Of a stretch of 27,805 bases of DNA, positions 6,881-15,288 are shown piece after piece (position 1 is the stretch's first letter; each line of letters starts with the position of its first letter). The notes below the pieces were generated by a model that worked only from the letters and a program-made list of their open reading frames with translations, was not told where the DNA came from and did not search any database. This DNA is from a virus (lineage: Duplodnaviria; Caudoviricetes). The stretch spans positions 1 through 27,805 of IMG/VR virus record IMGVR_UViG_3300030372_002415, one strand, 5' to 3'. The position numbers were made by a program, and so were the translations under genes.

Positions 6881-7604
6881 GGCGGGATTCCTTCACCAGA
6901 TTCAGGGCATACGCCGTTGGGTTTTTCAGCTTCTGCTTGGGATCATTCACGCCGGATTTGTAGGCATCCTCAAAAGCCTCCTGAATGCCGTTCCACGCCT
7001 CCGCAGACATTGAACCGACCGCTAGGGCTATCCGGCTGCCCGAAAGCCTCACAGAGGATCCTGCTGCCTCCCAGCGGGTGTTGTAGTATTCCGCCCAAGT
7101 CAGAATGTGCTGTTTCAATTCTTGGGAATAATCATCCCCACCAGCCTGCCCCCCTGGGGGGGTTTGGGGGGGAGGGATCTGTTTCTGTTTCTTATTCTCC
7201 GCGGAGAAACATTCCCGCACCGTGCGCGCACTCTTCGCGCACTGTCTGGATTTGCGGGCACGGTCCCTGGCGGCTTCTGAATCCTTGGTGGCTTTTTCCA
7301 CCTTTGCCCTGGCCTGTTCCACTTCCTTACGCATCTTGGGGTTTTCCAGATGCTCTTCCCCTGTCTCTGGATCGGCCACCACTTCAAACCGGCTGGCCAG
7401 CTCCCGCCACATTGAAACCGTGAAACCAGGAATCACACCCTGCAACCGCTCCAAATCATTGGGAATCCTGCCACCGTTGGCCTGAACGCACAACAGCATG
7501 ATGTACGCCCCTTTGACCTCCAGGCTCATGCTCCAGGTATCTGCCAGGAATGCTTGGGGATACCAGGCCACCCATGGCGTGTTGTCATTTCCTCCCCCAG
7601 CCAT
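6864..7604 (-). CDS. Replication initiator, DUF1376/YdaU-like
   Basis: PWVAWYPQAFLADTWSMSLEVKGAYIMLL N-terminus; central PPQTPP linker; C-terminal KNPTAY. Confidence 0.8.
   Translation of the reverse strand: MAGGGNDNTPWVAWYPQAFLADTWSMSLEVKGAYIMLLCVQANGGRIPNDLERLQGVIPGFTVSMWRELASRFEVVADPETGEEHLENPKMRKEVEQARAKVEKATKDSEAARDRARKSRQCAKSARTVRECFSAENKKQKQIPPPQTPPGGQAGGDDYSQELKQHILTWAEYYNTRWEAAGSSVRLSGSRIALAVGSMSAEAWNGIQEAFEDAYKSGVNDPKQKLKNPTAYALNLVKESRHAPSG
7140..7245. other. Candidate replication origin inside the initiator gene
   Basis: G runs, TCTGTT repeats, 14-bp palindrome TTCTCCGCGGAGAA (7195-7208), CGCAC three times at an 11-bp period. Confidence 0.45.
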
Positions 7605-8002
7605 CAGAACGGCACCCCATCATTGGGTTGCACTGGTGGCTGTTGCTGCTGCCCAAACGCCGCCTGAACGCCTGCACCCTGTTGGGGCTGTTGGGTCTGG
7701 CCTGGGGCACGCAGCCGCACACAGGGCACCGTACGCCCCGCCATTTCAACTGTGGTGGCAAACACTTCAACCTGCTGCCCAGCCCACTTTTCACTGAACT
7801 GGCCATACATTTCAATCAGGGTTTGGGTATTGGTTTTGTTCAGGCCCAGACGCTGTTGGGTTTCTCTGAATCCCATGCCCCAACTTGGGCTGCCGTCTGA
7901 ATATGTGCCTTGCTCAATGTCTGTGATGGTCAGCACAACTGGCTGTTGCACATCATGAGCTTTCATCCATTTGCCTGGAAACGCTTGTGACATATCTGGC
8001 AT
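7604..8002 (-). CDS. Putative single-stranded DNA-binding protein (OB-fold-like)
   Basis: Start MPDMSQAFPGKWMKAHD after AAGGA; LGLNKTN..W.GQQV; Gln-rich linker and DGVPF tail. Confidence 0.65.
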   Translation of the reverse strand: MPDMSQAFPGKWMKAHDVQQPVVLTITDIEQGTYSDGSPSWGMGFRETQQRLGLNKTNTQTLIEMYGQFSEKWAGQQVEVFATTVEMAGRTVPCVRLRAPGQTQQPQQGAGVQAAFGQQQQPPVQPNDGVPF

Positions 8003-8018
8003 TGCAGATTCCTTTCTG

Positions 8019-8576
8019 TCAGTTGAACATTGGCCCCGTTCCATGGGGCATCAAATCTATCAGTGGCACGCGCCACCCTGTGGTTTTTCCTGTTGATCCT
8101 CCAAGAACCTTTGGTAGTTGATCGGACCAATTCTTTTTGGCCATGAGTTTTTCTCGGTCAATGTATCCGCAACAAACAATGGTCCGTACATCAGGGTCAT
8201 ACATGAACACATATAGCCAATCAAAAAACTTGCCCTGGTCCCGCTGGTAAAAATTGCAGTACATATTCCGCTTGCCAAACGTCTTGACTTCAATGATTTG
8301 GTTTTTCCAAACCAGGTCATGCCGGTCCAGCTGATGGGCATGTGGTTCAGCATCTGGCAACAGGTCACGCAAATACCATTCACCAGCAATGCCAGGGATG
8401 TGCCGCTGTTCCAGGTAATAATCTTCATCCCCATCCCAGCGCCCTTTGAATCCACAATCTGGGGTCACGCTGGCACGGCTCTTAGCTGTGGCCACCAGAC
8501 CGTCATATTCCTGCTTCACAATGCGCCTGTATGGCCCATGCAATGGAACACCCTGCATGCAAACGTATTTGTTCAC
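8019..8576 (-). CDS. Restriction-endonuclease-like PD-(D/E)xK protein
   Basis: GIAGE..HDL..IEVKT..YVF..GYI; GTG start overlapping the upstream TGA. Confidence 0.6.
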   Translation of the reverse strand: MNKYVCMQGVPLHGPYRRIVKQEYDGLVATAKSRASVTPDCGFKGRWDGDEDYYLEQRHIPGIAGEWYLRDLLPDAEPHAHQLDRHDLVWKNQIIEVKTFGKRNMYCNFYQRDQGKFFDWLYVFMYDPDVRTIVCCGYIDREKLMAKKNWSDQLPKVLGGSTGKTTGWRVPLIDLMPHGTGPMFN

Positions 8577-9478
8577 AGTTGTGGTTGCGGCACAAACCAA
8601 CTTTGCACGCCCTCATATCCGGTTGGCCACGCACCCTCCTGATGCCACAACGCCGCCAACCTTGCAATGTTGTGTTCATTCTCATCCTGCTTCATTTTTA
8701 GAACAGCATGGGGGATGTTGGCCACCGCCACCTTGTATGGTGGGTTTTTCTCAACGGCCACAATCACCACATCAATGTTGGATGTGCAACCGCATCCGTT
8801 GTCTAGCGTTCTGATGAACAAATCACGGTAGAACGCCAACTGTTCTGGATACCCAAACCTGTGGGCATTCCTGGGGAACATTTCCAAATCCTCTGTAGTT
8901 TTCAGGTCAACCAATGTGGTATAGCCGCTGCTGGTATCGGCAACAAAATCAATTTTGCATTGCCTGGCAAATGGCTCATCATCCACATATTTTCTGAACG
9001 CCCGTTCAGCATCACCATCAGCAAACAGGCTTTTGGCAATCGGATGTTGCCGCACCGCTTCAGCCATGCCCTGGCACTGGTCCCACTGTTCATTGCTCAG
9101 GATGTTGACCCCAGGCTTTGCATCCTCCAGCGCCGTCTTGGCTTCACGGAATGCTTTGGTGGTTTCCCCGTACATGGAACCCGTTTTTGGGTTGATAAAT
9201 CCAAAGCTGGGGCACAGCTCATCAATCCGAACAAACCCATCCATGAACGCTTGGGTGCCTTCCAGAATTAGGGCATGTGCCGCCCGCCCCAGGACCAATG
9301 CTGGTGAATCCTTCTGCTTGATTTCTTTGGTGATGTACCTGGCCTGATAGTCCCGTGGGGATTTCCTAAACAGCTTCATGCTGCTGGCGGAAATAGCCCT
9401 GCCATCTTTGGCGTGCTGGTGGTAAACCCGATCATCTTCTTCCAAAAAACTACCCGTTGGGATTTTGTCCGTTGTCAT
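8573..9478 (-). CDS. RecE / exonuclease VIII-like nuclease (DUF3799)
   Basis: YH..ISASSMK..LGRAAHALILE..KIDF..VDLKTT..GYPEQLAFY..VAVEK; AAGGAGG RBS. Confidence 0.9.
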   Translation of the reverse strand: MTTDKIPTGSFLEEDDRVYHQHAKDGRAISASSMKLFRKSPRDYQARYITKEIKQKDSPALVLGRAAHALILEGTQAFMDGFVRIDELCPSFGFINPKTGSMYGETTKAFREAKTALEDAKPGVNILSNEQWDQCQGMAEAVRQHPIAKSLFADGDAERAFRKYVDDEPFARQCKIDFVADTSSGYTTLVDLKTTEDLEMFPRNAHRFGYPEQLAFYRDLFIRTLDNGCGCTSNIDVVIVAVEKNPPYKVAVANIPHAVLKMKQDENEHNIARLAALWHQEGAWPTGYEGVQSWFVPQPQL

Positions 9479-9773
9479 GCCGATCAACCCTCCTTGCGTT
9501 TTGTGCGGCTATGTCCAGGGCAATGATGAACACCTCCAAATCGGGCAACCGCTTTTCCAGCTGCCAAATCCGTGCCAGGTCATCATCACCCCTGTTTTCA
9601 ATCAACGCTTGTGTGCCCAGCAAACCCCGCAAAACCCAGGGTGCCAGGCATAACCACGCTGTTGCCAATTTTGCAATGTCATCACACCGTTGCGTTGCAG
9701 CGGAATCAGAACAGCTTTGGAGCTGTTGATACAGGGCAAGCGCCCGTTCCATCTTGGCGCTGAATCCGTCCAA
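9450..9773 (-). CDS. Hypothetical protein
   Basis: TTG start with AGGAG RBS; 107 aa. Confidence 0.55.
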   Translation of the reverse strand: MDGFSAKMERALALYQQLQSCSDSAATQRCDDIAKLATAWLCLAPWVLRGLLGTQALIENRGDDDLARIWQLEKRLPDLEVFIIALDIAAQNARRVDRHDNGQNPNG

Positions 9774-9922
9774 CGCTGAAACTCCTGTGATGTCTCAGCC
9801 CCTCCTGGGCTGGAAACCTGCCCACGCTGAATGAACAACGTGGGCAAGGGTGGAGGAAATCGGCACCCACCATTCCATCAACCCGCCGCAACACCAGCAA
9901 ATTGAATGGGTACCTGGCAAAG

Positions 9923-9931
9923 AGCATACCA
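9923..9931 (-). promoter_or_regulatory. Possible extended -10 promoter (TGGTATGCT) for the replication block
   Basis: TGn plus TATGCT just downstream of the last tail gene, preceded by a T run; no clear -35. Confidence 0.3.
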
Positions 9932-9936
9932 AAAAA

Positions 9937-11514
9937 TCAGGACATTGCAGCGGACCTACCTGTTCCCAGTTTCAAACTGGAACCGCCAACAGAACGCAAT
10001 ACCTTTGACACACCAAAATCAACCTGCCCAGTGGCTGGCCCCGTCAGGTCCATGATCCCGCCTGGATATACGTCAATCGTGGACATTTCCACAACCGGCT
10101 GGGTGGTCCTGTTGATGTTGAACACCCCCCCAATCAGGTCACAGGTGGATCCGTCAATGCTGGATCCGTTGAAAATTATGTTGCCGCCACGCTGGATGAA
10201 CTCAGGCATGGCCCCAATTGTGTGCCTGAATGAACCGTTGCCAGTCACCTCCAGGGTGTCACCGGATGCTGCAATGGACCGTTCAACAGCGCCACCAAAT
10301 CCAACCGTGGTTTTGAATGGCACCCCAGTTGTGTGGCTGCACAGCCCACCGTTCCCCGATGGGTGCCGCACATCAATGTTCATGGTGCCGCTGGTGGTCA
10401 GGGCCAATGTTGTTGGATCTTTGGAACGCACAAACAGGTTGGTTGATGAACCAGACAGATTCACACCGTTGGCCGATTCAGTCACAAATGTTTTGGTGTT
10501 GCTGGCCAGTTGAATGTTGATGTTGGAACGGGTTGAACCAACCACTATCTCATCCGCTGTGAATGTTCTGGAACTGCTGCTTGTGCCAATGTTGCCCGTG
10601 TACCCGTCTGAAATGAATACGCTGCCAGCTGTCAATGATCCCGCCGTCACATCAACACTTCCAGAATTGAACAAAACTTTGTCAGTGGCTGTTGGTACTG
10701 CACCACCACTCCAATTCAATGCAACATCTAAACTGCCCCCCCTGTCACCCGTCCAGACAATTGGATCAATTTTGGGTTTGCTGAATCTGTAGGTATGCCC
10801 ATCAGGCAAGTTGGCTTGCAGCCCATACTTCCAGGCCAAATAGCCTTCAACCTTTTCACGGTTTGCCGTGGTAAGGGTTGCACCTCCAACCAGGATTTCA
10901 GCAATGTCACCAGTCATGGGGTTGCCCCCAACAGCGGTTGCCCCGATATCAAAAACGCTACTGTTGCTGATTGAACCAGTGTTGGTTGTGCCTGTGGTGG
11001 TCATGCTTGAACCATTCACAAACCCATTGCAGGTTGCAGAAACGCGGGATGCGGTCACCATCACAAAATCTGTTCTGGACCAGTTGCCTGCTGACTGCTG
11101 TGGAATGTTTGTTGTGCCACCCAGCCTGGCCTGCAACACTCCAGCCGCCGTGGTCATCAGGGCAAATGATGTGGTGCCCTTTTCAAACATAAACTGAACA
11201 CCCGAATCATCAGTTGATTTGAACAGGCAAGCCATCCAAATGTCACCTGTCCCAACATCCAATGCTGCAATGTCACCATCAGATAAAATATCATTGGTGC
11301 CATCAAACCTGACAACAGACCCCCCGCCCAACTCATTGGTTTGCAGGGTTGGCTGTCTGGCTGACGTTGCCTGGGCAGTATTGTTTGAATTGCCTGATGA
11401 ATCGGCCCAGGCTGAAACCGCATCACCGTCTGATCCGCTGATGCTGTCAGCTTTGAACCATGCCGTGAGGGTTGATGTTCCCAGCTCGGCTGGTGTCCAA
11501 TCTCCCCCTGCCAT
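9937..11514 (-). CDS. Virion adhesin candidate: LamG/concanavalin-A-like domain plus beta-helix-like domain
   Basis: WTP..LTAWFKAD..WADSSGN..VRFDG..GDIAEILV..VEGYLAWKYGL; second half paralogous to 11514..12365. Confidence 0.7.
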   Translation of the reverse strand: MAGGDWTPAELGTSTLTAWFKADSISGSDGDAVSAWADSSGNSNNTAQATSARQPTLQTNELGGGSVVRFDGTNDILSDGDIAALDVGTGDIWMACLFKSTDDSGVQFMFEKGTTSFALMTTAAGVLQARLGGTTNIPQQSAGNWSRTDFVMVTASRVSATCNGFVNGSSMTTTGTTNTGSISNSSVFDIGATAVGGNPMTGDIAEILVGGATLTTANREKVEGYLAWKYGLQANLPDGHTYRFSKPKIDPIVWTGDRGGSLDVALNWSGGAVPTATDKVLFNSGSVDVTAGSLTAGSVFISDGYTGNIGTSSSSRTFTADEIVVGSTRSNINIQLASNTKTFVTESANGVNLSGSSTNLFVRSKDPTTLALTTSGTMNIDVRHPSGNGGLCSHTTGVPFKTTVGFGGAVERSIAASGDTLEVTGNGSFRHTIGAMPEFIQRGGNIIFNGSSIDGSTCDLIGGVFNINRTTQPVVEMSTIDVYPGGIMDLTGPATGQVDFGVSKVLRSVGGSSLKLGTGRSAAMS

Positions 11515-12365
11515 CAGGTCACCGTCAAGGTTCGGGACACATCAGGATTGATGGTGCCAGCGCCATTGATGGTGATGCCGTTGGTGAACGTGGTGGTTGC
11601 TGCCCCGTTCCGCTCATCAATCTGCCCATCAAACAAAACCGTGTTTGTGAACACAGCCCCAGTTGTTGTTGAATTTTCTGTTGTGCTTGCCAGGCACGCG
11701 GAATCATACACGTTCAGGTTTGTCAGAGTCCCTGTTGAATTGTGTGCCAATGTGCCTGTGCCAGTCAGGTTGACCGTTGTGCCGCCCGCCGTTCCGGTCA
11801 AACGCAATATGCCACCAGACACATCCGCCGTGGTGAATGGTTCCGCCGTGGTCAATTCTCCTGAATCCATCAGGATGTTTGTGAAGCTGGAAGCGGTTGA
11901 CAACACAGACAACACAGCCTGGTTGGCTCCCAATATCTGTGCCGTGGTCAGGCCCGCCGCAGCTACTTCAACCGCCCCTTTGCCCCCCGTGATTCTCAGG
12001 GTGGTGAATTGACTGCTGGTGCCAAAGGTCACATTGGGGCTGGCTGCTGTCCCTGGAAACATATCTGTGATGATTGCCGTGGTGTAATGCCCATCCAAAT
12101 GGATTTTGGCCTGGTCTGTGGCAATCAGGAGGGTGGTGGCCATCACTTCCAGCTTGGTGCCAGAAACCCCCAGGCTCCCCGTGAACCCGTCTAGGATCTT
12201 CAAACTTCCGTATGTGGTCCCCGCCACGCTGCTGGAAATGGTCACATCACGGCTGGTGGAATTGAAAATGACATCATCCCCAGCCCCTGGCAATGCGCCT
12301 GTTGACCAATTGCTGGTGGTGTTCCAATCACCATCTGTTGCCCCTGTCCATGTCACTGTTGCCAT
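11514..12365 (-). CDS. Thr/Gly-rich beta-helix-like structural protein
   Basis: TWTGATDGDWNTTSNWSTGALPGAGDDVIF N-terminus resembling adhesin passenger repeats; located in the tail module. Confidence 0.65.
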   Translation of the reverse strand: MATVTWTGATDGDWNTTSNWSTGALPGAGDDVIFNSTSRDVTISSSVAGTTYGSLKILDGFTGSLGVSGTKLEVMATTLLIATDQAKIHLDGHYTTAIITDMFPGTAASPNVTFGTSSQFTTLRITGGKGAVEVAAAGLTTAQILGANQAVLSVLSTASSFTNILMDSGELTTAEPFTTADVSGGILRLTGTAGGTTVNLTGTGTLAHNSTGTLTNLNVYDSACLASTTENSTTTGAVFTNTVLFDGQIDERNGAATTTFTNGITINGAGTINPDVSRTLTVT

Positions 12366-12380
12366 GCTTATTCCTTCGGC

Positions 12381-13952
12381 TCAGTCTGTTTGAGTAAACC
12401 TAACCACACCATTTTGTCCCGTATCAATGTCCTTATCAAAGCTCCCCAAACCATAAACAGGGGTGATAAAATTGTTCATAAAATAGCCAACCAGCGGGCC
12501 AGAATCCCACTGGTTTGAATTGATACAGCGGCCCACTGGTGGTGATAGTAAATAACTGGTCAACCCTATCCCGTTTGGCGCTTTCACTTCAATGTTCACC
12601 GTGCTGCCGGTGGCCGCACCCCAGGCCAACAATGGCCCGTTGGCCAACCCTTTTAGCATCCTCAGAATACCGGATGTGCCGCCAAACAGGGCTTCTTCAG
12701 TTGGATAATTTTCTTCCAAAGATAAGTCCGCCCCCAATGTGTTGTTGTCGGGTAGCGCACTCAATCTGGACCCAGGAAAATACACATAATTTTTATCTTT
12801 TAGAAAACCGCCATCAAAATTTGCTGGTGAACATGAACTGAACGTACTCATATCAAAGCTGTTTGGGTCACAATCATCACACAACAGTCTGTTGTCATCT
12901 GGGAAATAGCCAAATTGTGTTGTGCAATTAGAACTTGTACCCAGTAGGGTCATGCTGTTGCTGTCACCAGAGCTAACACCGAATCCAAAATCACCAATAA
13001 CTGGCTGTTCTAGTTTGCAGGTTGCTGTGAATGTGCCTCCTAATAAATCATCACCTGTGACCTCAACCTGTCCTAAGTATGAATCATTAGACGGATCTGG
13101 GCTGGTCTGTTCATATTTTATACTGATTGATCCCGTGCCAGTACCTGTTGTGACTTTGCTGAATTGGTAGTTTCCACTGCCATTGACATTGAAAATGCTG
13201 AACCCCTCAAACGGTCTATACGTCCCAATGGGCATTGTTCCAGAAACACTGAATGAAATGTTTGCTGGGAACAGGGCTGTGAAATCATGCACGTTTCCGC
13301 CAACCGGATAATTGCAATTCACTTTGGGGTAAACCTCCCAGGTCAAATCCCCTTTGGTAATTGGTCCAATGGCTGGGGTGGCATTGTATTGGTCATCCCC
13401 GAACATCCAGCCCCTGGTGCTATAAATTTGAATGGCATTGTCTCCGCTTGATCCCGTGCTGACTGCACTTGGCAATGGCATCAGAACTTTGCATTCATCC
13501 AGCGCATCAAACTGTGCTTCTGTCAAAACTCTGGTTGTTGATGTCAGATACCAACCGCGCCGTGTTAGCGCTCTTTCTAACGCCTCACCATTCAGCCCAA
13601 ACCCGCTGCCAGCCTCAACAAATGTGTTGCTGCTTCCGTTGTATGCATTCCCACCATTGGGGCCAACATACGCAGTTTCACTACCTGCTGTTTTCCAGGC
13701 TCCATAGGTCAAATCAGCTGTCAACTCTGAATTGATATTTGTGCTTGATCCACGTTCCCACAACACTGTTGAATCAGGAACTTCACCATCCACAAATGTT
13801 GTATCTGGTCTTTCAAACCAATAAGAATAGGTTTTGTCAATCACCTGTTCAGCCGCCGCAATGGGCACAACAGATTTCACTTCAAAGAATGCTTTGTTGA
13901 TAACGGGTGGCGTAGAATCACAACAACATTTTCTTTTGCCGTTGAACGCCAT
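12381..13952 (-). CDS. Putative tail fibre / receptor-binding protein
   Basis: 523 aa downstream of the tail-tip genes; N-terminal KRKCCCD; Gly/Ser/Thr-rich. Confidence 0.55.
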   Translation of the reverse strand: MAFNGKRKCCCDSTPPVINKAFFEVKSVVPIAAAEQVIDKTYSYWFERPDTTFVDGEVPDSTVLWERGSSTNINSELTADLTYGAWKTAGSETAYVGPNGGNAYNGSSNTFVEAGSGFGLNGEALERALTRRGWYLTSTTRVLTEAQFDALDECKVLMPLPSAVSTGSSGDNAIQIYSTRGWMFGDDQYNATPAIGPITKGDLTWEVYPKVNCNYPVGGNVHDFTALFPANISFSVSGTMPIGTYRPFEGFSIFNVNGSGNYQFSKVTTGTGTGSISIKYEQTSPDPSNDSYLGQVEVTGDDLLGGTFTATCKLEQPVIGDFGFGVSSGDSNSMTLLGTSSNCTTQFGYFPDDNRLLCDDCDPNSFDMSTFSSCSPANFDGGFLKDKNYVYFPGSRLSALPDNNTLGADLSLEENYPTEEALFGGTSGILRMLKGLANGPLLAWGAATGSTVNIEVKAPNGIGLTSYLLSPPVGRCINSNQWDSGPLVGYFMNNFITPVYGLGSFDKDIDTGQNGVVRFTQTD

Positions 13953-14455
13953 TAGTCACAGCTGCCATCAACTGCATTTGCCACGGTAAAACATGCAACC
14001 TGTTCACCGCGTTCGTCATACAAAACGTGACAGATTGCCAGCGTGCCATCTTTGATTGGTTGCAAAGACATCCCATCGGGAAAATCAGATGCCGATAGGT
14101 CAATTCCAGGTGCAACTGAACTGGATGTGTTGGGTACCTCCACAGTGTTGACTGCTTTCAGAGCTGTAAACCCACCTGGTTTTTGCACAAAATCCCAATC
14201 GTTCCCCACAACAAAATCATTTGGCACCTGTTCATCAACTGTGTACCTGAATCTGTTGGGTTGGCCGCTGATGTCACCCGTGTGGGTAATCTTCCCAACA
14301 AATGTTTTTCTGAACTCCCCCCCTTTTCCTTTTTGGTTCAGGGTTTTGAATTTTGATGGATCGGATTCATACGCCTGCAACATCACCATCAACCTGGCAA
14401 ACAGGTCTGGGGTGAATTTACCTAGTCCGGTTGAAATGTTTGGGTAGTTTGACAT
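13952..14455 (-). CDS. Putative minor tail protein
   Basis: Position and TAATG coupling at both ends. Confidence 0.6.
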   Translation of the reverse strand: MSNYPNISTGLGKFTPDLFARLMVMLQAYESDPSKFKTLNQKGKGGEFRKTFVGKITHTGDISGQPNRFRYTVDEQVPNDFVVGNDWDFVQKPGGFTALKAVNTVEVPNTSSSVAPGIDLSASDFPDGMSLQPIKDGTLAICHVLYDERGEQVACFTVANAVDGSCD

Positions 14456-15288
14456 TAGACAGGATTGGGAACGCCCAATTCAGTAAAGTTTGTCACCCTT
14501 GGGAATGGCTGTTCAAGGTGAACGTGTTTTGCACGGTTCATTGGGTTTGATGATGTGCCCGTGCTTTTTGGAATGATCGTGCCGTTCAGGTCACGCTGGG
14601 GAACCTGCCGCCTGTGGGCCTCTTCATCATAAACAAAATTCAATGTTGTGTTGTAGCTGTTCACCCCATCACGCTGAACTGATAATCCGGTGTAAACCAA
14701 ATATCCTGCCGCCGCTCCCAAATAACCGTATTCGTTTCTGGTGCCCAACATGTTCAATGACGTTGAAATCGGGATGTTGTCAAATGATTCTGAACGCACC
14801 GTGATTGACAATTCTTGCTGGTTCACAAACTTTGTAATTGGGTCACCGTTTGAATCAACAGATTCACCAGCAATGTCTTCCCGAACACTGTCTGTGCCAG
14901 CGGCCACAATGGGTGTGTTTGCTGTGCTGACTCGGTAAATGTCAATGGCTACCGGCCTTTGGGTGATGCTGAAATCAATGAATCCAGGATCACCAGGTGA
15001 TGTGTCAGCCCCGCCACCGTCATCCTCTAGGCCATACTTCCAGCTTACTTTGAATTTTCCAAATGCTTCCAGGTCCGTGGAAACATTCACTTCAATGGGG
15101 ATGAGTCTTCCCAAAACTGGGGTTTGGTCTGCCGTGAACAACCTGATTCCCGTGCTGGCCACAGCCTGCTGCATGGTGGGCTGTGGTTGGGATTCATCAT
15201 TCTCATAAACCAGGAATTCCCTGGTGCCGCTTTGGTTGTCCCTGTTGTTTGTTTGCTGCCTGTTTGTTTCTACTGCAACCAACGTCAT
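14455..15288 (-). CDS. Putative tail-tip (distal tail/hub) protein
   Basis: Immediately follows the tape measure gene with ATGA overlap; beta-rich. Confidence 0.6.
   Translation of the reverse strand: MTLVAVETNRQQTNNRDNQSGTREFLVYENDESQPQPTMQQAVASTGIRLFTADQTPVLGRLIPIEVNVSTDLEAFGKFKVSWKYGLEDDGGGADTSPGDPGFIDFSITQRPVAIDIYRVSTANTPIVAAGTDSVREDIAGESVDSNGDPITKFVNQQELSITVRSESFDNIPISTSLNMLGTRNEYGYLGAAAGYLVYTGLSVQRDGVNSYNTTLNFVYDEEAHRRQVPQRDLNGTIIPKSTGTSSNPMNRAKHVHLEQPFPRVTNFTELGVPNPV

Noticed and set aside
9706-9927. 73-aa minus-strand ORF as a leader peptide
   Set aside because: No RBS, it overlaps the next gene, and the region is better explained by RNA hairpins; not fully excluded.
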